Assembly: GCA_046761065.1 (NCBI GenBank)
Contig: JBHIFL010000044.1
Location: 1 to 36,321 of the forward strand
Origin: Candidatus Heimdallarchaeota archaeon
GTDB lineage: Archaea; Asgardarchaeota; Wukongarchaeia; Wukongarchaeales; JBHIFL01
Length of the DNA: 36,321 bases
Reading direction: 5' to 3'
Position 1 is the first letter of the stretch. Each line of letters starts with the position of its first letter. Positions 28,682 through 36,321 of the stretch are shown here, in pieces. Under the pieces are notes generated by a model that worked only from the letters and a program-made list of their open reading frames with translations, had not been told where the DNA came from and did no database searches. Both the position numbers and the translations under genes were made by a program.

Positions 28682-29802
28682 TGATAGTTCATCATTCCCC
28701 CGTGCATCTGAATGAGGGCGATATCCACCTCTGATAACTGTCGTTCTTTCTCAACTTTCCCGGTAATTTGTCGTGTGGCTTCAATTAGATGGTGAATGAG
28801 TGGGCCCATCCCTGTATGGGCGCATGCGAGGAGACCGCCATGGGTATTGAAGGGGATATCTCCCCCCGGCAAGCATCTTCCGTCTTCAAAAAGTTTTCCC
28901 CCCTCACCTTTCTTACAGAACCCTAAATCCTCCAAGTGGATGATGGGTGCGATAGGGAAGGGATCGGGAGCCATGATAAGGTCGACCTGCTTCGGTTCCA
29001 CATCAGCCATTCGATAGGCTTCCCTTCCCGAATGAAGGGAGCCAAACTCAGTCATATCTCTGAAGGATGTCACCCACGCATGGGAATGGTACTCGCCCCA
29101 ACCAAGTACATAAACTGGGATATCTGTATAGTTTTTCGCATTTTCAGCGGAAGTTAAAATAAATGCTCCCGCCCCACATACTGGATAAGAACACATGAGT
29201 AACCGGTATGGGTAGGCAATCATTGGTGATTTTAAGACTTCATCTACGGTTATTGGCTGACGAAAGATCGCAGCCGGGTTTCGTTCGGCCCACTCGCGAT
29301 GTGCCACCACAACGGATGCAAGTTGTTCTTCGGTAGTTCCACACACAGCCATGTGCCGTACGGCAGGCATTGCATATAAAGCGGGCATCGTTGGGCCGTA
29401 TGGGATTTCAAATTCTGGGTGGGCCCATGTTTTCAAACTTTCGGGCGGTATGTGCACCTCAAACTTTCCCCCTCCAACTATAAGCGCCGTTTCGATCAGT
29501 CCCAATGCTATAGCCATGGTCGCATATTCAACTACAACCCCATGAGCAGCACCACCAAGAATGACTGTTGAGCTCATTTTTGGATTTAACTGGAGATAAT
29601 CGTTAATCACAGCACTGTTAGATTTTACATCCCATATGGGTGGGGTACTGAAAACCGCATCCACGGCATTCTTATCCATCTGGGTATCTTCAAGGGCATC
29701 GGCAGTAGCTTCAGCTAGAAGCTCATCTTCACTTTTTTCGGTACGTCTTTCAAACTTGGTTTCTCCGTACCCGACAATAGCTACTTTTCTTCTCATAACC
29801 AA
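28657..29802 (-). CDS. Thiolase family protein (SCP-x/lipid-transfer type)
   Basis: VAIVGYGET, A.RNPAA, LEDLGFCKKGEGG and NTHGGLL..H; sits directly upstream of DUF35. Confidence 0.9.
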   Translation of the reverse strand: MVMRRKVAIVGYGETKFERRTEKSEDELLAEATADALEDTQMDKNAVDAVFSTPPIWDVKSNSAVINDYLQLNPKMSSTVILGGAAHGVVVEYATMAIALGLIETALIVGGGKFEVHIPPESLKTWAHPEFEIPYGPTMPALYAMPAVRHMAVCGTTEEQLASVVVAHREWAERNPAAIFRQPITVDEVLKSPMIAYPYRLLMCSYPVCGAGAFILTSAENAKNYTDIPVYVLGWGEYHSHAWVTSFRDMTEFGSLHSGREAYRMADVEPKQVDLIMAPDPFPIAPIIHLEDLGFCKKGEGGKLFEDGRCLPGGDIPFNTHGGLLACAHTGMGPLIHHLIEATRQITGKVEKERQLSEVDIALIQMHGGMMNYHCTLIIGR

Positions 29803-30467
29803 CCATTCCAGAGATCAAGTTTGGGAAAAAACTAAGCTCCTCCAAATAAGAGAGCTATAATTTAAAGGTTTTATAGGAGAACACAACCACAGAAAAAATT
29901 TTGCCGCTAGGCATACGCCCCCGACAACAAACTAAATAAGTTGGAGAGTGTGTTCGTTGCCCCATGCCCCAAAAGACAAGTGCTCTGGCTTTTTTCCTGT
30001 ATCCGAAATTGCTGTTTTTTCCTTTTTTCCCAAGACAAAAATAGACACTCCTAGCGTTTTAGCTCTCACTCATTGATTCCCATGCTTCAATTGCTTCGTT
30101 TGGTGACATTTCGGGTTTTAAAGTCCCGTCTAGCCATTCTTTGTCATTGCCCAAATTGCCCTTATGTTTTGCCTTTTTTGGCTCCCTAGTCGGGAGTTGG
30201 GCTGTGTCCGACTTAGACAGACTAGAACTCTGCTTTAGTTGTGTTTATCTCTCGTATTAAAGCATTAAAGCCTTTTCCGCCAGTTTTACGCTGTTTCCGG
30301 CTGTGGACGGATCTCTGTTGTCCTATCTTCTTTTCCTCCTTATAGTTATTTAATTTAACCGAGCGCCGGACGGACGCTCGAACTTAGCCAATTATGATTG
30401 AAGCTAAGATATCCGACAGTTGATGTGAGTGGGGAGAGGTCTACGCTGGCGTTGGAATGCCCTAGTC

Positions 30468-33400
30468 CTAGTCCTTTCGCTTGCCAGGGGAACCGATCTT
30501 TGCTAACACTATGTGCGCAATTTCTCGAACATCAGGGTTGGGATCTCTCAACGCTTGGGTGAGCGGGGCGACGGCAGGGGCGCCAATTTGTACAAGCGCG
30601 TCTACGACAAGTTCATTGTGTATATGGAATTCTGTGTCATAAATAATTAAGCCATCCTCTTCTTCTCCCATCGCTTTCAGGATGGGGCCGACCGCGCGCG
30701 GATCGCCAAGCTGGCCCAGCGCCCGGACGGCTGTCTCTCGAACCCCCCGGGACTCAGCAGTCAGCAGCGCCTGTATGAGGGGCTCCACGGCCCGGGCGTC
30801 CCTGAGCTGGCCCAACGCTTCAATAGCATACTTTCGCGCGGTGGGATCGGGACCGGCCTCCTGCAGCACTTGAAGGAGGGGGGCCACCGCGGGGTCCCCG
30901 AGGGTCCCTAGAAGGCGTGCGGCGGCTCTTCGTTGCCCACTCTTCTGGTTAGCTCCTTGGAGTATCTGAATCAGGGGCCTCACCATCCGGGGATCCCCGA
31001 TCTTGCGTAGTGCGTCGATTACTTCCTGTTGCTCAAACGAACCATCCCGATCGGGATCTTGTAGCGCCTGGAGGAGCGGGTCGATCGCGCGCGGATCCCT
31101 GATCTCGCCCAGCGCGTACGTGGCACTCCTCCGTACGTTATGATCGGAATCCTGTAGCGTTTGAATCAGAGGCTCGACCACACGCGGATCGCCAAGCTGG
31201 CCCAGCGCCCGGACGGCTGCCCTTCGAACCTGCTCCCCTGGATCCTGTAACCCCTGAATTAGCGGGTCGATCGCGCGCGGATCCCCTAATGCGCCCAGTG
31301 CGTCGGCCGTGTTCGCTCGCACCCGTTGGCTTTCATCTTGGAGGGCTTGGACAAGGGGGGGACGGCTCGTGCATCCCCAAGCTGGCCCAGCGCCCAAGCA
31401 ACGCCGGCGCGGATCTCTTCATTTTCACTCTGGAGCATGTGGAAGAGGGGGGTGGGGCTTTCTAGGCGCTTAATGTAGGTGAGAAGGGCTTGGTCGCCCG
31501 CCTTTCTTATCCACCTAGGCACAGGATCCTCCCACGAAGGGTCATATGCATATGAAGGCTTTGCGATAATTCGTGCCTGCGCGGCGGTGATTTCCAGCAA
31601 GGTGGTCACCACGGGGGGCGGGTCGGGCAGCGTCGCCGTCGTGACTACCGCACACAGGGTCTCCATCGCGACCCGTTGAATGACTTCCTCCGGATCATGG
31701 AGGACAGCAGTTTGCAGGGCGCGGAGCACGGAAAGCAGGGGGGCCAAGGGGTAGAGGGAGGCGGTTGCGAACCCTCGCAAGCCCTCGACAGCGAGCAGGC
31801 GGACCCAGAAGTCGGCGTCTTGAACGGCGGTTGCGAGGGCGGCGAGGACGCCCGTAGGATCGGGCAGGGTTCCAGTGTGAGCCAGAGCCCCAAGCTTCAA
31901 CACGGCTTGGTGGCGTTCTTCGGGAGGGGCGGTTTGCAGGGCGGCCACGAGGGTGGGGACGCTCTCCGTGGGCGGGAATTTAGCCTGCGCCCGGAGCAGG
32001 TACCGCCCCCAGTATAAATCGTGCCATTGCTGCCGGGCCCAGTGGCGGGCCTCCCATAAGAGGGCGAGGTCGGCGGGGGAGCGGACCAGGTCAAGCAAGA
32101 GGCGTTCCAGCTCTTCGGTCGTGTCAGATGGAGGACCAGGATATTGATATCGTGGGGTGTAGAACAGAAACGCCTCCGGGAAATCCCTCAGGAATAAATC
32201 AGGCCGGTTGTAACCGACTAAAATTTCATCTTGGAACGCTTCTTTGAGGAGGTACCACCCGGGCCAGGGATGGTCGCCGTAGAGTCGTATGTCTGCGTCC
32301 GGGGGAGGGGTCGTGCCCGGGGGATGCTTGACTAAGGGGAAGGCGAGCGCTTGGCGGATCAGCTCAAGGAAGCGGTCGTACTCGGCAGAGGGGAGCGCAT
32401 GCCGGTTCCACCACACTATCCCAAAACAGTGCTTGAGGAGGATTGGTCGCCACCTATAATCCCCCTTAACGTCCCACTTCGTCGAGGTGGGGGCTTCCCA
32501 GAGGATGTCGAGGACAAGGCGGTGGAAGCGGAGCTGCAGGTTCTTGTTCATATGGGCCCGTTGGGAAACCAGGTGAGTGACGGCGAGGTCGCGGATCGGC
32601 AAGGGTTCACGGGGGTTCGCTGCGAGGTCGCAGAAATGCTGGACGTGGGCCTCGGGCTCGCCCCATTTGGCAAAGACGGTCTTCGGGGAGAGGGAGGCCG
32701 GTGCCAAGAGCCCTGTCGTGTTGTGTTCAGGGACGTGCAATTTGGAGTAGATCACCCGGTTGAGGAGGATGGCAGCAAGGCAGCGGAGGGGCGGGGTGTC
32801 GCCGGAGAGCATGACCTCCTCGAGGAAGTCCATCGCGTGGCGGAAGACCGCGACCTCGTCAGGCTGGTCCGATTCGAGGAACAGGCGGGCGATGTGCCGA
32901 ATTAACTTGAGGATTTCGGCACGGAAGCTGGGGGGCCTGCTTCCACCGGTAAATCCCACCTAAAACTGGGGGTCGGGCCGAGGGAGAGGCGTGCTGCCGG
33001 GGGTCTGGTGAATAGGGCTCGGAGCCATTCAATGGGGGAGTCATTGGCGCATTCTTGTGGGGGATCTGGGGGTGCGGGATCGTAGGAGCCGGAATCCAAG
33101 ACGAACTCATGGGCTAGGAGGTCGAGGATGGTTAAGGCATTGGCGGGGTGTTTGCTGAGGACGAGGCAGAGGAACAGGGCGAGCTTGCGCGCGAAGAGGT
33201 TAGGAGCGGTTAGGAGCCGTTGGATGGGGGTGAAGTCATCCACAGGGGCCACGAGGAGGCGGTAGTGTGTCGTGGCATTGCATGATTTGTCAAGCGGGTT
33301 GTCTGGCCACCCGATCCGCGCGGCCCACTCGGCGGCGGCCGCGTGGGGGGGAAGAACCCGACCATCGGCGAGGCATTCGATCATAATAAATGGGGACAAC

Positions 33401-33507
33401 CATTCCCCAAGACCAGGGAGCTGAAGGTTGGGAGGGTCAGCATAGAGGTTCGGAAAGAACTGTGTGAGGAAATCGAAAAAACTATCGTAACCGGTAAGAG
33501 GGGGCAT
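30468..33507 (-). pseudogene. GC-rich ~1013-aa HEAT/PBS-lyase repeat protein split into 3 ORFs by two poly-C slips
   Basis: ORFs 32902-33507, 31286-32959 and 30468-31397 fuse if one C is added to C6 (32930-32935) and one to C7 (31355-31361): 3040+2 nt = 1014 codons. The second join restores the HEAT consensus ALGQLGDARAVPPLVQALQD. Confidence 0.8.
30697..31285. repeat. Identical intragenic DNA repeats in the HEAT region
   Basis: A 37-bp repeat CGCGGATCGCCAAGCTGGCCCAGCGCCCGGACGGCTG at 30697 and 31183, and a 25-bp repeat AGCGGGTCGATCGCGCGCGGATCCC at 31075 and 31261. Confidence 0.9.
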
Positions 33508-33644
33508 CGGGGTTCCCTCGAAACGCTTAAGGGGAGTAGCTTCAGAAATACTTGGTTATATCTCCTTATAAACCCACCGTATAGTGGAGTTTCTGGAACT
33601 TACTGGTAGGGACATTGTTTTAAACAAAAGGCCGTTCTGGGGAG

Positions 33645-34773
33645 TTAGATCCGTTTTTTATCACCAATGGTGGCGGAATAATAGATGATTTGGTAGGTTC
33701 TTAGGGGACCGACTCGGATCCCCGTTTTTTTCGGGTATTGAATTTGCTGGGTTGGCATTTCTGTCAAAACCCATTGGTGGGACTCAAACTCGATTTTGTC
33801 CATAATTAACTCTTTGACCTCCTTTCCTCCTACGACTTCTAATCGCCCGAGTTCTGACTGGAGCACTGTATGGTCATAATAGATTTCAAAGTGAATGATA
33901 TCAGTCCAAGATAACCAAGGTATGGGACGCCTTTGGGTCTTCGGAATGGAGGGGAGGGCGGGGGTCTGGAGGACTTGCTTGTGGTTGGAAACGTCGATGA
34001 TCCCCGTTTCGGTGAGGATAGACCCTTCATTATAGCTGCCACCTACGTACATTCCACCAACGCAAAGGTAACCGATCACACACGTAAGAAAAATAGGTAG
34101 GAAAAACCCTTCTAGAATAGCAGCCATTGTGGCTCCAACTCCAAGTCCTACTAATACATAAGGGATCATGAGGCTTAAGGGTTTGGATCGACTTCCCCGA
34201 AGGTCTTGGAGGATATGTCCTCTTTTAGGCATTGTCGAAGATAACGGATGATACCTGTTTATGAGAGAGAGCACTCGTTCTTGTTTTTGGGGGGACAGTC
34301 GAAGTACCACCGCGGTGGTTGGGAATTGGATTACTATGAGGTTCTGAAGTGGTTCTATATGTCGAATTTGATCCCATGTAAACGTTTCATTTCCCCCGTT
34401 TGCTCGAAGGGTGATACCAGTAGGAGAAAAGCTAATTTTTTGGCGAAAGTCCTGGAAAGTTCGATACCCAAGCCATAACATTGTGGGAACTCCTCCAATA
34501 AAAAAAAATAACGTCTATTCGCTCTGTAGGAATAGATATTCCTAAAAAAGAAAGAATCATGAACAGGAGGAGAGGCATGAGTAGGAACGCGAGTGAGGTT
34601 CCGATTACCAGAAAGAAAACAAGAGAGTAGAGGCGCCGCCGCAACGGGATCGTAACCGAACGGGAACGTTTAGAGGATCTTGATTCAGGGAGAGGTTCAA
34701 AAGATATAGTGTCAGGAGATAGGGAGTCAGGATCGGGTTGGATGGAGTAATCGGGTAAATAATTTTTGTTCAT
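33645..34773 (-). pseudogene. Membrane protein with two TM-pair + PH-like domain modules, frameshifted at a T9 run
   Basis: ORFs 34432-34773 and 33645-34481 fuse (…IDVIFF-IGGVPTMLWLGYR…) if the A9 at 34500-34508 is A8: 1128 nt = 376 codons. Confidence 0.65.
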
Positions 34774-34842
34774 ACAAGTACATACTCTGGAATAAATTTA
34801 AATTCTTTTGCCCAAATGGGCTTCTTCGACTTCAGGATTTAG

Positions 34843-34873
34843 AATCGGTTTAAACCAAATAATCGGTTTAAAC
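34843..34873. promoter_or_regulatory. Direct repeat AATCGGTTTAAAC x2 (18-bp period) with palindromic core; candidate operator
   Basis: Copies at 34843-34855 and 34861-34873 in a divergent intergenic region; the first copy contains the palindrome GGTTTAAACC. Confidence 0.5.
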
Positions 34874-35144
34874 ATCAAAAATAATTTTTCCAATCATAAG
34901 TGAAGAGCGTACAAGAGTATTCAGAGAGAGATAATATATACAAAACTAAACATATACTGCTCTATATATTTAAATCACTAGGAAAACATATTAAATCAAG
35001 TGTGCGGCGCCAGAAGGCTCACCTGAAGAACATATAACTGAATGGAATCGTGTTGGTAAACTCCAGTGACAGAAAGTCGATGACCGTCGCACATAGAATC
35101 GAAGAATAAACCAGAAGATTGAAAAGGCGTTACGAGAACATGCG

Positions 35145-35498
35145 ATGAGCCACCGACTAGACATTGAATCTATGCTCAATGAAAAAGGTCTACTCATTGG
35201 ATATGACTATCAAACCAACTCACAAGTGTTTCTCATTTTCACTGTAGCCCTAGGGATTGTTGTGTGGTATAAACACGCTGACTGGATGGGAAAACTGTGT
35301 CCAGACTGCCCAAAGAGGGATGAATGTAGAGAAACGCTGGATACGATCATTGAAGAATACAATATTACGCTGCGACCAGACGAAGAGGCCTTACACATGA
35401 CGGAACAATCCATTGCAAAATTTAACAAGATCGCGGCTAAGGAAGTTCCTCTTTACAAGCACAAGCGAAAGGAAGAAACAAAGGAAGTGGGAAGATAA
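35145..35498 (+). CDS. Hypothetical protein with CxxCxxxxxC motif, probably N-terminally truncated
   Basis: The frame extends upstream (RRINQKIEKALREHA) to a TAG at 35094. Contains CPDCPKRDEC. Its stop overlaps the next ATG. Confidence 0.55.
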   Translation: MSHRLDIESMLNEKGLLIGYDYQTNSQVFLIFTVALGIVVWYKHADWMGKLCPDCPKRDECRETLDTIIEEYNITLRPDEEALHMTEQSIAKFNKIAAKEVPLYKHKRKEETKEVGR

Positions 35499-36223
35499 TG
35501 GGTAACGAAATCAAAGGAAAGGTGATTAAGCCACCTGTGGGTATAATGTCGAGTGGGAAGGTATTCCGTCCGAGTAAAAAATTCCGCAACAAGCTGTGGT
35601 TTAGTGGCCTATTCGTAGCCATCGTGACTTGAGCCCTGGTCAATCTGGGATACCTTGGCATTGGCTATCTCGTGGTAAGGAGCGGGGATCATACGATGGC
35701 TGAATTGGAAAAATATTGGATGCCTGTGAATCAGGTGGTGTGGATAATCCATCTGATTTGGCTGATTCCATTAGTGATTCTGAGCATACTCTACGTCAAC
35801 CGTATCGAGTATTCAGTCATCACCGAGACGGGAGAGGCCATGCCTGAAATTTATGTAAAGAAAGGGCTACTAAACATTACTCGCAAGCATGTGCCATTCA
35901 GGACCATCACGAACATCTCCAGCCGAGCAGGACCGTTTGATCGACTTTTCGGAATTGGCACCATCGAAATAGAGACTGCCGGTTTCTCAGGACAGAAGTC
36001 GGGCGCCTTCGGTGGACCAGAAGAGAAAATTGAGGGGGTCGTATTTTACGAAGAAGTCCGGGATTTCATCCTTACTGAACTCCGTAGGTACAGAACTCCT
36101 TACACAACCGCAACTGAAGTAGTACAACCTCATGAAGCGGTCCAACGACGAACAGAATCAGACGCTGAGATCATCCGAACCCTTCGTGAAATCCGCGATA
36201 TCTTAAAAAACCAGCAAAAATAA
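35498..36223 (+). pseudogene. bPH_2 (DUF304-type PH domain) membrane protein with in-frame TGA at 35630-35632
   Basis: ATG at 35498 (TAATG overlap) is in frame with ORF 35672. VKKGLLNITRKHVPFRTITNISSRAGPFDRLFGIGTIEIETAG is the bPH_2 signature. The single stop lies in a TM helix. Confidence 0.8.
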
Positions 36224-36321
36224 GCCTTTAGTGTGTACCAGCTACGCCAGTTGACGTAAACCATCCTCTCCTATTATTTTTTTATCTCAAGTCGGTCAGG
36301 AGTGAGAGGGCTGCCCGGCAA

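Noticed and set aside
29890-30460. Integron attC site or Xer dif site
   Set aside because: I could not find properly spaced RYYYAAC/GTTRRRY boxes or an 11-6-11 dif arrangement, and there is no integrase in the window.
30697-31395. CRISPR array or DGR template/variable repeat
   Set aside because: The repeats are in-frame HEAT coding units that are identical rather than adenine-variable. No spacers, cas or reverse transcriptase genes are present.
32351-32905. 184-aa plus-strand ORF and the many other antisense/overlapping ORFs in the track
   Set aside because: These are shadow frames of well-supported genes, expected especially in GC-rich DNA, and carry no recognisable motifs.
1-36321. Genome-wide stop-codon reassignment
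   Set aside because: Long core genes have no internal stops, and TAA and TGA terminate many well-defined genes. The internal stops are of all three types and confined to accessory genes.

Overview
Archaeal genomic DNA; the gene content and GGAGG/GGTGG ribosome-binding sites suggest an anaerobic sediment archaeon, possibly Asgard-type (inferred, not proven). The core is an intact redox locus. It contains two FOR-like tungsten aldehyde:ferredoxin oxidoreductases with an FeS subunit (plus a second, orphan copy of that subunit), a divergent polyferredoxin, and an 8-kb four-gene Hdr cluster: [HdrA'-HdrA''] [MvhD-HdrC-2xCCG] [HdrA'] [HdrA''-MvhD]. No hydrogenase, Flx or Apr partner lies in the window. 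Around it are catabolic genes (class III aminotransferase, TauE, MFS, gulonate/carnitine-type 3-hydroxyacyl dehydrogenase, thiolase + DUF35, cupin, polyprenyl synthase) and five toxin-antitoxin modules (VapBC, DUF433/DUF5615, three MNT-HEPN). Many accessory genes are broken. Several are split by single-base slips in homopolymer runs, including a GC-rich ~1013-aa HEAT-repeat gene broken at two poly-C tracts. Two genes carry a single in-frame stop (TAG in an MBL hydrolase, TGA in a bPH_2 membrane protein). A ~600-bp hairpin-rich segment at 29.9-30.45 kb is unexplained. I saw no rRNA, tRNA, CRISPR array or transposase.
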